A stretch of 64,000 nucleotides of DNA, taken from positions 1 to 64,000 of the IMG/VR virus record IMGVR_UViG_3300021197_001521; one strand, written 5' to 3'. The notes beneath the pieces are model-generated. The model had not been told where the DNA came from, searched no databases, and saw only the letters and a list, made by a program, of their open reading frames with translations. This DNA is from a virus. The translations under genes were made by a program, and so were the position numbers. Position 1 is the stretch's first letter, and the number at the start of each line of letters is the position of its first letter. Shown here piece after piece: positions 36,901 to 46,477 of this stretch.

Positions 36901-38937
36901 CAGTACCGTAAAACGCCAAAACAAATATATTTAGATGAAGATTATAATAACTCCGCATTCAGTTGGGACAATGGAGCTCTCAGAGTTAGTTTTAATCCTA
37001 TAAATAAAGAGTGGGAATACAACTACAAACCAGAATCTGCTGGTGGTTATTTTGACGTTAATTTGTGGTCTGGTAATGCCAAGGCGCTTGGAATTTATCC
37101 CGTTGATTCGCAACCGTTTGAAGAAAAGGGTAGAATTTCTGCCTATGTTAGATTCCCGTATAGCGAATTCTTAGATTTTTCTAATATAGAACAAGATAGT
37201 ATCTCTTTTGTTGCTAGAGATAGTATTGCTGCTTCTGGTTTTAACTCGCACTATTATGATCCTGCTTTAAAAGTCAGGAATAAAAAAATAGTAAGAGGTG
37301 TAGGAGGCGTAAAAGTTAAATTAGACACAGCATTTGATGACTTATCAGATTCCTATGTTTTTGTAAAATGTGAAATTGCTGAAAGATTTTATCACACACC
37401 TAGAGTTGTTAAAAGAAGAGTAAAGGTTTTTGGCGATAGTGTTTACTCTCCAACGCTGGAGATGCTTAAAAAACGCCCCCTCGCCAACGAATTAAACGGC
37501 ATACCTTTAGGTCCGGGAGACCCAGATCTTGAATATTTTGAGCATAGGAGAAGAAATATTCACATAACAAGAGGGGATATCGCGGGTGGTCATATAGGCA
37601 GAGAAGTTGTAATAGACGATTTTCAAAGAAGTTTTAATGGGTCAGAACCGTTTAAGCAAGAGTTTCTTGACGAAGATGGTAATAAAAAAACACAAAACGC
37701 GCTTGGTCCTGCGGAGAAGTTTTTAGTAAGAAGAGAGTTTTTAAGCACAAATCACGTTTACAGTCTCATAACACTTCCCGGAGAAGTCACAAGAAAAGAA
37801 ATAGTCGGCAAGTCTAGACAAAAAAGACTCGGTGGATCATTCATTTCTTACTCTGAATGCGCAGTGCCAAGAGAGGTGTCTGGGTTAGGTGTACATGAAG
37901 ACAAAAGCATAGTGGGTGGTAAAGAAGTACTGAGTTTAGAGATAGATAAAGACACCGGAGTGCCAATTAAGTCTTTCTCAAATCCAGAGGTAAGAATTAA
38001 CTTTAACTCAAAACCTCCCGTTATTCCTGATATTGCGGTTTTACCTTTAATGTCTAACGAAAGATGCTATGGACCTTGGGTATCTGCTTCTAAGATAGAT
38101 AGTAGTCCAAGTAGATATTCTGACATTGGAGGAAAAGTAGAATATATAAAAGATGAAAACTTGTCACCTTGGAGTTATGGCGGATATGGCGAACTTCAAC
38201 AGGCAGGCATTTTAAAAGCTCAATTTTCAAACAGTTTACTTTTATTCGCAGAGAAAGGTTCGTTCACATTCCCCGGTGCGCCAGCAGGACTTACAATAGC
38301 AACACCTCTTATGAATGCAAGAGGACCACTTGTTACTTCTATAAATGTTAACGTAGGTGACTCCGTAAAAACTACCGTTTCTATGGATTCTTTTTCTCCT
38401 AATTTTGGAAAACTAAAAAAACAACAAGAAGAATTCATTGCAGATCTTGCAAAAGAACGAAGAAGATTGATTGACGAAAGAAATAAAAGAATAAGAAATT
38501 TGGAGAACGATACTTCAGCTAAAACTAGAGCTAGAGTCCTAAGAAAAGGAGACAAAATAAAAGTAGATGTTGGACGCAATAAACTTGAAAAACAAAGTAC
38601 TGCTCAAACAATTTTGTCTGCTACTTCTGTAAAGACCAGCGGGAATACCAATGCTTTAACAGACGACATAACTACGATTACAGATAGCACTATAGGAAAT
38701 GAGGAAGACTTAACTGTTAATTATTTCAACACTGCTTCGTTGACAGACAATCAACAATTTTTAAACTACAGTGCAGGACTACATGAAAACGCCAACGAGT
38801 ACAATAAAATTATTAAAAATACCGCAGTAGAAAATTTAAATAATTTCATAGTGCCATTTGATCATCAACCAGATAATCCAAACATGGCAAATTTTGATTA
38901 TATAAGTAAATATTCTATAGACAGGAGGACCAACTAG
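33979..38937 (+). CDS. Putative baseplate hub/central tail-tip protein
   Basis: 1652 aa. Hub-like layout: N-terminal beta barrel, DLLSLIQDVC helix, C-terminal GSFTFPG..GPLVTSINVNVG..TTVSM followed by a coiled coil. Confidence 0.5.
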   Translation: MEEHYGIVPPTGVYGKDWPSGITPTLPQGIHGELSKGGWSKDNEGFVQQTFLGASISNFNISAGFGSSSTTLSVSLVNDEHNKSDETGLGQGDDVYHNGREDSFIPPVVGSPVYFKFGKNHATLDQAYRRTYNLVYGTDKPTSITLEEETIKGPINSIPENYFLKEERPISQDEEEETVWEDQTPIKDPSYDFRGYNHFVFGGILANYTKDEGSSRTFSASIADPREILSNVQVILNDYQGTVFNNKNILNVYGFLEYDRSKALENQMDANAFSKNLITRDANGFLIGGLPNPLTGEPTADCYLFNPSPLRELVANDPILREIVNTDALIKNPCITGDDFSMIHNIFPVTGQGMSRRCDQGIPWYRVYQALKSMMYWTGYDLGFAPCEYTSAGFGGVVDFRGFNYVVDLSGLPLDKIPQMYFLDTDQTDLLSLIQDVCQAISHDYVVSLLPVLDSPRTRMLYQYNRSCVEEERFGDIVTGIIRVDAIDKTVQPQYGTVTKYIENLEENGALVETKNIGFETTNVTTDRFIAGHQEVSMYTFSSHKDSEFANYWDDPACWTLNDSLSDQIVPFYGFIDQNEEVVSVPKGNGPWKQIVLNAQGLDAFGVGNYYVTTELELRAAKISFENWSKFLAHYCFKYGELVKKGSADDCIKNVFDDRNVYGITYDKLFDYLVPDHLKSADANDLLKRTTSVITTPRCVWPSDRNYIFEFSDPASPCSPPYGYPLYWLRALNIGLNNAVALSVLGDFDAAIKAVAEANITIGGELDAKTSIDTVNFDFLLKGGYLNDGKLTNNEVLSYLVDLFEKRFGNRNYQNLIKDKDPDTGRAKKGAGIDAAYRRKVNIAIDIDNFAEKIRAGALKPNDQFLTGGKLKVLDNHLRFLKANGNIINKIQWLTERNEQNALKIYEFVKGVADKHLGKTYLVKMPKSSNLNYLGNKIVTETNKRYEGLGGFLDDGPYGFPPMPIEGRPYPFANQYRKTPKQIYLDEDYNNSAFSWDNGALRVSFNPINKEWEYNYKPESAGGYFDVNLWSGNAKALGIYPVDSQPFEEKGRISAYVRFPYSEFLDFSNIEQDSISFVARDSIAASGFNSHYYDPALKVRNKKIVRGVGGVKVKLDTAFDDLSDSYVFVKCEIAERFYHTPRVVKRRVKVFGDSVYSPTLEMLKKRPLANELNGIPLGPGDPDLEYFEHRRRNIHITRGDIAGGHIGREVVIDDFQRSFNGSEPFKQEFLDEDGNKKTQNALGPAEKFLVRREFLSTNHVYSLITLPGEVTRKEIVGKSRQKRLGGSFISYSECAVPREVSGLGVHEDKSIVGGKEVLSLEIDKDTGVPIKSFSNPEVRINFNSKPPVIPDIAVLPLMSNERCYGPWVSASKIDSSPSRYSDIGGKVEYIKDENLSPWSYGGYGELQQAGILKAQFSNSLLLFAEKGSFTFPGAPAGLTIATPLMNARGPLVTSINVNVGDSVKTTVSMDSFSPNFGKLKKQQEEFIADLAKERRRLIDERNKRIRNLENDTSAKTRARVLRKGDKIKVDVGRNKLEKQSTAQTILSATSVKTSGNTNALTDDITTITDSTIGNEEDLTVNYFNTASLTDNQQFLNYSAGLHENANEYNKIIKNTAVENLNNFIVPFDHQPDNPNMANFDYISKYSIDRRTN

Positions 38938-38938
38938 G

Positions 38939-41900
38939 ATGTCAGGATTTAACACAGAACCAGTACTTAAAGGTATACAAGGCACTAGACCTATAACGCC
39001 TGCGCATATATTTACTTCTGAATCTCCACTGATGGAAAGTTGGGGATTATGTTCGTTTACTAAAGATAATCTTGATTTTATCAGTAACTACGGTAATTTT
39101 CAGAAAATTTTTAATAAGGGGACAGTAGGAGATGTGCAAACAAATGTTACCTATAACTCTATCATTGATGACAACAAAGAAGAATACATAAATATTACCG
39201 TATGGAGAAACAAGGGTAGGAACGGCGAGTATATAAAATATGACAAACTAAGCGATTGGCAGTTTGAAGATACAGAGGGTGTTATTGGAGCAAAAGGCGC
39301 AATATACAAAGAGAAAGATCTAGAACTGGATGATTTTATAACAGAAGATGAAGAAGATGGAAGTACTCCAGCTATCAGGTCTAAAATATTTGCCCATATA
39401 CTCATTGCATTAAACGCGCATATAAACACTCTTGACGAAACCGAAGAGTTAGAAACTAAAGACAAGGTTAGAATTGAGTTTTTAACAGACATTATGTCCA
39501 GCAAAGAACGCTGTGTCAGTTGGAACCAAACAATTATCTATTACGATGGAGTTGTTGTTTCCGCAGATCAACCTCCTAATCAAGACGGTTCAACTTCTAG
39601 CGGCGAGGATGAGCTGTCAGAGGGTGATTCTGAAGATGGAAACGCCGATGAACTTGAAGACGGCGTTGGTCCCGACCAAGCGACTTCCGTGAGGGTCGAG
39701 TACACAAAAGAGCAAACTCACGAATGTGAAATAAAACTTTATTTGTATTGCAGTAAAGATGGGGAAATTAAAGATAATAGATCAGTATGCTTAAAGAATT
39801 TAAATTTTACAAATCCCAGAAGCACATACGATTTTGGAGAGTTTCTAAAAAAAGAAGACGGCAAACTTTCTGATCTTCTTGACTCTGACAATCCTAACAA
39901 TGACGTTGCTGCGCCTCTAGATTTACAGTATGTAGAATATCTTGGTAGGTGGGAGTCTGGTTCTGCTCAGATGATTGCTATGATATCAGAAGGTATCCCA
40001 CCGGCAGAAACGATAGACATAGATTACATAGAGAAAAATCCTACAGAAAAACTACTAGATCATGAAACCGGTCAGCAAATTGTTTACGGTTCTGCAATTC
40101 CTATCCATATGCAAAACGGAAATCCTAAGCAGTGGTGTGCCACGTATGATAAAGTAGAAAGTATTAGGGAAACTGATGATTTTCAAAAATCTGCAATTAG
40201 AGTTCATAACTTATCTGACAAGGGGTTTGCAAGAGGTGAACTCGTAGTACTCAACCGGATAGAAGGTTTGTGGTTTCCAATTACGTCTGTTTCTTCCAGT
40301 GGTCTTGGTGGTCTTAAAAAGTTAGAACCAGCAGATCCGCAATGGGAATTTATGTACTTGATGACTAGTGCAGACTTTCATTTCCAAACTGAGGAACACG
40401 AAAAATTAACACCGTTTGATTATGAAAAAGGGTTTTATAGAAATTATTATAAAGCTTTTAGTGACGCTAATTCAGCTATAGAAACTCAAAACCAGAACGT
40501 AAATCTTAATAGACACGCAGAATCGTTCGCAAAATTCGCAAAGGTAAAAAATGAGTATTTCCAAATATCTTCATTTGATTTCGTTAATCCGAATTTAGGT
40601 GGACTTAGAAGTTCTACGCTAATTCAAAAAGATACTACTCCAGTTTTAGACGAAGGTCACGCAATATCTAACACTATCTACGGAGAAGATCTAGACGGAA
40701 CGACTTACGGAAATGGTGAAAAGTTAAAAACATATCCTTTCTTTGGTTGCGTTTTTCCTGAAGGTCATTCGGCAGGTGCTTTTATAGATAAAATTCTTAA
40801 TGCTGATACAAATCCAGCAGATTATGCTGATGTTAAAAACTATGGAAAACCTTATAGTGGATTTAACGCATACTCGCTAATGACAGAGGTGTATTACGGT
40901 GGCAATAAAGATCAGCTATCAGTTAATAATGATGTTAAAGCAGTCCAAGCTGGCGAAACCAAGCAGACATTAGGTCTGCTTTCCAATCTAGCAGATTCAA
41001 ACTTTAAGCATGTGCCTGCCGATATTGCTACGAATGCGGGTCCAAATGGTAGGTGGGGAAGACCTATAGAATGGGTAGGATATTTTGATTTATTGGATGG
41101 TGATATTTATCAGACCCCTAAAGAACACACTAGTTGCGACACCTTTCTTTCTAAGATACAGACTGATGACGGCAAAAGTACAGTTCCGTTAAGAGGTAGT
41201 TTTTTATATGTAAAAGGTCAAGCAGAAGATACTCCTGCAAGTGGCTATGATAATTACTGGTATGATATACAACCTCTAAATCATTATAGCATTCAGTTTA
41301 GACCGCTTTCCAGAGAACTTTATTCGTCTTTTGAGGGGTATGATGATAATGGCGATGGCGGTTACAACTGGACTGCAAAAGGATTGAAAAATGATGGTGT
41401 AGGAAGAGGTGACGTTTCTTACAGAATATATCAAGCTATAGAAGGTTTTATAGGTCCACTGTCTAAAACTTCTTGGCACAGAAATCTTGCTCACTTGCAA
41501 AATAACTTTATTTCAAAAAGTACACCTGATGGTCTTATAGGAAATTACGGTCTTAAATATTCTTCAGACTTGGTTTATAATACGCCATTTGGATCAGATA
41601 ATAGATTATTTAATCTTCCTGCAAACGTTGACGGCACTGACGATGGTTATCCGTTTAAGCACTGGGATTCCGACTGGATGAAAAAAGACGGAGTAACAAT
41701 GAGACCGGGAGGCGCAATTGGTATCATTGGCGCAGTAAAAACTGTACGATCAAGAGACACTATAGCATTTTCTACAGATAATACAATAGGTTTGGGCGAC
41801 CATTTAGTTGTTACGACACCACTAGAGTATGGTTCTACAATGAAAAATGGCGATATCGACGATCAACTAACAACGGCTTTGTATGCTAGGGTTTACCAAC

Positions 41901-43321
41901 ACCATCCTAGACATCTTACTTGGTACGACCCAAGATTTATGGTTGTTCATCACTTTAATCCGGGCGACGGAAGGACTAGTAGTACTAGAAAACACGTTAA
42001 ATTTAGACTAGAGCAAGAAAATGCCAGCACATTGTTTGAAGATGGTATAGATAGGTTTAAAACACAAGAAAACGGTATGTTTAAGTATTATGCAACACAT
42101 GAAAGTGGGGTTATTTTTGAAGATGAACACCCAACTTTAACGAGTCTTACGCAAGACTACGATCCTATAGCAAGCGGATATTTTTTAGTAGATAAAATTG
42201 AATACGGGGTTGATTTTAGAATTCCTACTGATTGGACCAAAAATAACATTCCTGTGGGCAACAAGAGGGTATTTAGTGATTCTACTACAAATTTAACCAC
42301 TAAACTAAGTTCAGTAGTTGGTACTACTGTTGAACAAATGAGAGAGGTTGATCATTGGAACGTAAACAATAACAGGCGATCTAAACTTTTGCCTTATAGT
42401 TATAGGTTTAAGACTATAGGAATAAGTAAATCAAAAGGTGTTCAATTTAGTCAAAATGACGGAAAAGTAAATCTTTCTGCTAATAACACTGCGGTTGTTA
42501 ATAAAGGGTCGGGTTACAAAGTAGGAGATAAATTTGAAGTCATTGGAGGGGTTGGTTTCGCTACAGTGTTTACTGTAACAAGCGTTGGGACGGAAGAGGT
42601 TGACGGGCAAACTCTTGAGGATGTAATCACTGGTATTTCCATAGCAGAAGATGACGAAACGGGCATGAGATACGAACCACAAGACTTCGTTGCTGTTTTA
42701 AAAGAACAAGATGGCGCTTTTGTGGAAAACGAAATATTATGGGATGACGATAACACACCGTCTAGTAGTCTTAGTCTTCAACCGCTTCCTGACGCTGGTG
42801 TTACGGGAACCGGTTTTGAAGCATATGTATTTTACGGAGAAGTGGTTTTAACAACAGAATTGACAGATATAAAACCGCTAGAGGCTCTTGATAGCACTGG
42901 TCCTATTAAATTAACACCAAACATCCCCAGAAACGACCCAAATAGAAATCAGGATCAAATCATTACACCGGTAGGAAACAGTTATCAAATATTGAATACG
43001 CATTTTGATCATAAATATGACATATTCTTGAGATATCATAATGATATATCTCACGTTGCTATGAATGACGTAAATCCACCAAATGCTTCAGAACAGCAAG
43101 TAACCCTAACGGTTGGTGTAAATCTTGGTCAAGCTCCTACTTCAAGTGCTTCTGACCAACTTGGTATGTCGTTTGACTCAAGTGATAATGCTGCTGGAGG
43201 TCTACTGGGAGATATGGGTAACGACCCATTCTCCGATTTTGACGGAGACTCAGCGGCAGACGGCGCTGGATCATTCCTCGGATTTGGCGGTGGAGTTGGA
43301 GGTAACTCCGCTTTTAGATAA
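38939..43321 (+). CDS. Large tail-associated structural protein
   Basis: 1460 aa; VVNKGSGYKVGD...FTVTSV...ITGISI module of a kind repeated in phage baseplate/fibre proteins. Confidence 0.55.
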   Translation: MSGFNTEPVLKGIQGTRPITPAHIFTSESPLMESWGLCSFTKDNLDFISNYGNFQKIFNKGTVGDVQTNVTYNSIIDDNKEEYINITVWRNKGRNGEYIKYDKLSDWQFEDTEGVIGAKGAIYKEKDLELDDFITEDEEDGSTPAIRSKIFAHILIALNAHINTLDETEELETKDKVRIEFLTDIMSSKERCVSWNQTIIYYDGVVVSADQPPNQDGSTSSGEDELSEGDSEDGNADELEDGVGPDQATSVRVEYTKEQTHECEIKLYLYCSKDGEIKDNRSVCLKNLNFTNPRSTYDFGEFLKKEDGKLSDLLDSDNPNNDVAAPLDLQYVEYLGRWESGSAQMIAMISEGIPPAETIDIDYIEKNPTEKLLDHETGQQIVYGSAIPIHMQNGNPKQWCATYDKVESIRETDDFQKSAIRVHNLSDKGFARGELVVLNRIEGLWFPITSVSSSGLGGLKKLEPADPQWEFMYLMTSADFHFQTEEHEKLTPFDYEKGFYRNYYKAFSDANSAIETQNQNVNLNRHAESFAKFAKVKNEYFQISSFDFVNPNLGGLRSSTLIQKDTTPVLDEGHAISNTIYGEDLDGTTYGNGEKLKTYPFFGCVFPEGHSAGAFIDKILNADTNPADYADVKNYGKPYSGFNAYSLMTEVYYGGNKDQLSVNNDVKAVQAGETKQTLGLLSNLADSNFKHVPADIATNAGPNGRWGRPIEWVGYFDLLDGDIYQTPKEHTSCDTFLSKIQTDDGKSTVPLRGSFLYVKGQAEDTPASGYDNYWYDIQPLNHYSIQFRPLSRELYSSFEGYDDNGDGGYNWTAKGLKNDGVGRGDVSYRIYQAIEGFIGPLSKTSWHRNLAHLQNNFISKSTPDGLIGNYGLKYSSDLVYNTPFGSDNRLFNLPANVDGTDDGYPFKHWDSDWMKKDGVTMRPGGAIGIIGAVKTVRSRDTIAFSTDNTIGLGDHLVVTTPLEYGSTMKNGDIDDQLTTALYARVYQHHPRHLTWYDPRFMVVHHFNPGDGRTSSTRKHVKFRLEQENASTLFEDGIDRFKTQENGMFKYYATHESGVIFEDEHPTLTSLTQDYDPIASGYFLVDKIEYGVDFRIPTDWTKNNIPVGNKRVFSDSTTNLTTKLSSVVGTTVEQMREVDHWNVNNNRRSKLLPYSYRFKTIGISKSKGVQFSQNDGKVNLSANNTAVVNKGSGYKVGDKFEVIGGVGFATVFTVTSVGTEEVDGQTLEDVITGISIAEDDETGMRYEPQDFVAVLKEQDGAFVENEILWDDDNTPSSSLSLQPLPDAGVTGTGFEAYVFYGEVVLTTELTDIKPLEALDSTGPIKLTPNIPRNDPNRNQDQIITPVGNSYQILNTHFDHKYDIFLRYHNDISHVAMNDVNPPNASEQQVTLTVGVNLGQAPTSSASDQLGMSFDSSDNAAGGLLGDMGNDPFSDFDGDSAADGAGSFLGFGGGVGGNSAFR

Positions 43322-43333
43322 AATAACTTTTTC

Positions 43334-43350
43334 GTGTATAATATAACAGA
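43334..43350 (+). promoter_or_regulatory. GTGTATAAT motif, candidate late promoter
   Basis: Intergenic GTGTATAATATAACAGA 40 nt before the ATG at 43374, followed by an AGGAG RBS. Confidence 0.6.
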
Positions 43351-43373
43351 TATTCTTCACAGGAGATAAAACA

Positions 43374-44108
43374 ATGGCGACTATAACATTTCATTCTAAT
43401 AATTTTGCAGGAAACGCATTAGATCTAATTGACCATAATGCCGGTTCAGGTATTGGGTTTTTTGGGGATAGTATCGGTCTTTCTGTGCCAATTACTACGT
43501 ATCAAAACAGTACATATGTCACTAATTCCAACGGAACTAGTACAGATGGTCAAAAATTGAGCAACACAAAGTACGCCAGCACTAGTGGTGCATTCCACAA
43601 TAACAGTGCTACAGAATCAGATCTTAGAGCAATGCCTAACTATTGGGCTCCTCTTAATGTGAGATTTACTCATACTGATGCCGTTGCTACTCAGAATGCT
43701 CAAATGAGAATATTTAACAGGTCCGACATTGATGTTCATGCTACAGATGTTGTGACCAAGGTTTACGAGGTTCGTCACCCAAATCCAGACGATGGTCATG
43801 ATACAGCAGGTTCTACCTATGCGCTAGACCATAGAGGAGTCGATTTTGGTGCTAGTGCGCATACTTGGAAGGAATTTGACCCCGCAGATTCAATGTCTGC
43901 TCTGGTTTGCACTTCAAGTCCCGGTCCTAGTGGAAATAATGGCAACAGTACAGATGCCGGTAGAACCAAAGGCAACAACTGGACAAGCACCTCTGGAACA
44001 GCACTTAGAAGTATGCAGCACGATTGGTATCTAGCACTTAGTGCTAGTCCTGTGACAATTGGAAGTAAAACAGACTTTGGTCTTTATTTTACTCTAGAAT
44101 ATCTATAA
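43374..44108 (+). CDS. Hypothetical virion protein
   Basis: 244 aa, S/T/G/N-rich, with its own candidate promoter and strong RBS; last gene of the structural module. Confidence 0.6.
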   Translation: MATITFHSNNFAGNALDLIDHNAGSGIGFFGDSIGLSVPITTYQNSTYVTNSNGTSTDGQKLSNTKYASTSGAFHNNSATESDLRAMPNYWAPLNVRFTHTDAVATQNAQMRIFNRSDIDVHATDVVTKVYEVRHPNPDDGHDTAGSTYALDHRGVDFGASAHTWKEFDPADSMSALVCTSSPGPSGNNGNSTDAGRTKGNNWTSTSGTALRSMQHDWYLALSASPVTIGSKTDFGLYFTLEYL

Positions 44109-44133
44109 AAAAGAGTCGCCTTTCGACGACTCT
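44105..44133 (-). terminator. Rho-independent terminator for the - strand operon
   Basis: On the - strand: AGAGTCGTC-GAAA-GGCGACTCT followed by TTTTT (GNRA loop, one G-U pair). Confidence 0.85.
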
Positions 44134-44139
44134 CTAACT

Positions 44140-44177
44140 AGGTCAGTAGTGGTGTGCTACTGGCCTTTATTCATTTT
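44140..44177 (+). terminator. Rho-independent terminator for the + strand structural operon
   Basis: AGGTCAGTAGT-GGTGT-GCTACTGGCCT followed by TTATTCATTTT; its G-U pairs form only on the + transcript. Confidence 0.65.
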
Positions 44178-44502
44178 GACCTGTCTTGGCATTCCACTTG
44201 ACCCAACCACGGTCAGGCAACCAGTTGCCGTCTGCGTCCTTGCGTTTCGGAAATAGGGTTCCACCCTTCTTGTTTACTCCAAACGCCAGACGAGCGCCAC
44301 AGTCTGCGCATCTAAGTTCGTAATATTCGTTTTCGTCTACGGTTCTTACCACAAACTTAACATTATCACTTCCGCATTTACCGCAAACCGTTTCCTCAAA
44401 AACTTCCTGAAACTTTGCGATTTCTGCAAAGATTGACTTTTGATCATCCCCAGTAAGCTCTACGTTAAGACGACCATTTCTTGTTTGATATACTACCTTC
44501 AT
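44167..44502 (-). CDS. Zinc-ribbon protein
   Basis: CGKC...CADC; likely start MKVVY in ATGA overlap with the upstream stop codon. Confidence 0.65.
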   Translation of the reverse strand: MKVVYQTRNGRLNVELTGDDQKSIFAEIAKFQEVFEETVCGKCGSDNVKFVVRTVDENEYYELRCADCGARLAFGVNKKGGTLFPKRKDADGNWLPDRGWVKWNAKTGQNE

Positions 44503-45263
44503 GCGCTTCTCCAATCTTGTTGATAACCAGTAATTGAACTAGGGATTGCCCCTTTGTTTTGTTGATATTCATTGAGTTTCTCAATAGCATCACTTGCTTG
44601 CTTTTTATCAATCTTCTTTGACACAGAGAGATTGAATACTTCCTTAAACAATTTTGCTGGATTGATATCCAGTTGTTTAGATTTACCGTCTACGAACCGT
44701 TCTTGGTTCTCTGTCATTCTACCTGCTGATTGATATTCTCCTTGTGTGCTTTGTATCGCGTTAGTTTGACTAATACTCTTGACAATCTCTGCCGTGTTCT
44801 TTTTAGTAATCTCTTCTGCTGCAACAACTCGCAATCTAAGCGACTTTCTGAGAGCGCGACCTTCCGCCCTAGTTGCTGCTGTAGCAGTGTTAAAAGCGCA
44901 AAATGTGTCGTCTGTGTTGCCTTCCCAGCAATCAGCAACGTCACTAAAAGTAGAACCGTTCTCGAATACAATTTCCCAGATAACTGTAGCTCTACCTACA
45001 CCATTATCATCTTGAGGTGGAAACACTTTTACAGGGCGACTTACCATAATGTTACCAAATAACAACTCTGCAACACGACGAAGACCGTGACAAAGTGGGC
45101 GACCGTCATACATCTCTGACTTATCAAACAGACTTAGAACATAATCGTTCCATTCTGGATCAGTAGTTTTTGGTCTATCTTCTTGAATAACATCTACAAC
45201 GCCAGTGTCGGTATTGGAAGGCGTAGCGAGTTCAACATTTTCAAACAAATCATTATTACTCAT
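44499..45263 (-). CDS. Putative Rad52/Sak-like single-strand annealing protein
   Basis: ATAATRAEGRALRK.L motif after three beta strands; C-terminal T.NQ...KKQASDAIEKL helical domain. Confidence 0.55.
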   Translation of the reverse strand: MSNNDLFENVELATPSNTDTGVVDVIQEDRPKTTDPEWNDYVLSLFDKSEMYDGRPLCHGLRRVAELLFGNIMVSRPVKVFPPQDDNGVGRATVIWEIVFENGSTFSDVADCWEGNTDDTFCAFNTATAATRAEGRALRKSLRLRVVAAEEITKKNTAEIVKSISQTNAIQSTQGEYQSAGRMTENQERFVDGKSKQLDINPAKLFKEVFNLSVSKKIDKKQASDAIEKLNEYQQNKGAIPSSITGYQQDWRSA

Positions 45264-46039
45264 AATTCAACCTCTATAAATCTTTTAGTCTTTGGTGGAA
45301 ATTCTACCTTAATTCTGCTTAAAATGGATATAATATCAGATGCTAGTTTCTCCTTCTTGTTTAAATTAAGTGAATTCATTGCCTTCACTCTTATTATAGC
45401 ATACCCTCTACTTAAAATCAACCCACTTTTATGTAAATCTGCTTTTATTTGTTTTTGAAGTTTCTCTTCACCCCAAATAGGTAAAAAGTGCGAAGGTCCG
45501 TCTACCTCAATAATAGTTTTTAATTCTGGCAAGTATATGTCGATCTCTAGTTTCTCTGTAGGAATTAGGGTTTTATTATGGAAATCTACCTTGTGACCCT
45601 CTTCCCTCAATTTTTCTACTACAAACTTTTCTAGTTTTGATCCTTCTTTTCCTGCTTTTCTAATTGCTTCTATTGCAAGTTTTGACATTCTGTCTTTTTG
45701 CTCTAGATCCATTTCTTGCCATCGCTTTTTTGCCTGATCTATTCTATGCTCTCGCTGCTCTTTAGACATATCTCCCCAGTGAGTAACCATACCCTTGCTT
45801 ATATTTAATTTCTCTTGGTCAGACCTTTTTTTACCCGCAGTGGGATGATAGCTTCTGCCGTTTTTGAGTGCGTTCTTTTGTGCTTCACTTTTGGTTTTTA
45901 ATTCAAACCCATGCTTAATCAAAGTTCTACGAACCTTGTTTGGATATGTGTCTAGATGTTTTGCAATCTCATATGTACTCTTATCTTCTTCAGTGTACAT
46001 CTCGATTACTTTTTGGTCAAACTGCTTGGTTTTGTTCAT
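45260..46039 (-). CDS. HTH plus DUF559/Vsr-like endonuclease
   Basis: N-terminal STYEIAKHL HTH; NUMOD3-like KKRS...NIS stretch; SKLE...EIDIYLPELKTIIEVDGPSHF...GYAIIRV. Confidence 0.75.
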   Translation of the reverse strand: MNKTKQFDQKVIEMYTEEDKSTYEIAKHLDTYPNKVRRTLIKHGFELKTKSEAQKNALKNGRSYHPTAGKKRSDQEKLNISKGMVTHWGDMSKEQREHRIDQAKKRWQEMDLEQKDRMSKLAIEAIRKAGKEGSKLEKFVVEKLREEGHKVDFHNKTLIPTEKLEIDIYLPELKTIIEVDGPSHFLPIWGEEKLQKQIKADLHKSGLILSRGYAIIRVKAMNSLNLNKKEKLASDIISILSRIKVEFPPKTKRFIEVEL

Positions 46040-46469
46040 TTGATATCTCTTTAATTTTATCTATTGTAAACTCTTCTAATAAATAAGGTTTGTTGCCGCA
46101 AACTCTATATATGTAGTCAAAGTCTTCTTTGTTTGTAACAATAAAATCCATATTTTTAAATACATCAATCAATCTTAAAAGATTCTGTTTGTCTCCATCG
46201 TAAACATAACAGCATTGAAATTTGTTTATAATTTTTTTTATCGCATTTGCTTGCTTTAATCCAGAGACTAAAAGGAACCCTGTAAAGTACCAAACGTCAG
46301 TAGAATTAAATGCTCCTGATTTCATGGGCATTGGGTTAAAGTCTATGTCGTCGTAAAAAATACTAGAACTATCAACTTCGTTGTTTTCTACCGCCCTGTT
46401 GAGAAACTCAAAAACTTTTCCGTTAATTTCTGTTAGACCTAGACTTCTAGTGTAATATCCTATGTTCAT
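46017..46469 (-). CDS. Hypothetical protein, possibly a glycosyltransferase-fold fragment
   Basis: 150-aa alpha/beta ORF closing the glycan cluster. Confidence 0.45.
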   Translation of the reverse strand: MNIGYYTRSLGLTEINGKVFEFLNRAVENNEVDSSSIFYDDIDFNPMPMKSGAFNSTDVWYFTGFLLVSGLKQANAIKKIINKFQCCYVYDGDKQNLLRLIDVFKNMDFIVTNKEDFDYIYRVCGNKPYLLEEFTIDKIKEISNEQNQAV

Positions 46470-46477
46470 TTTTCTTC

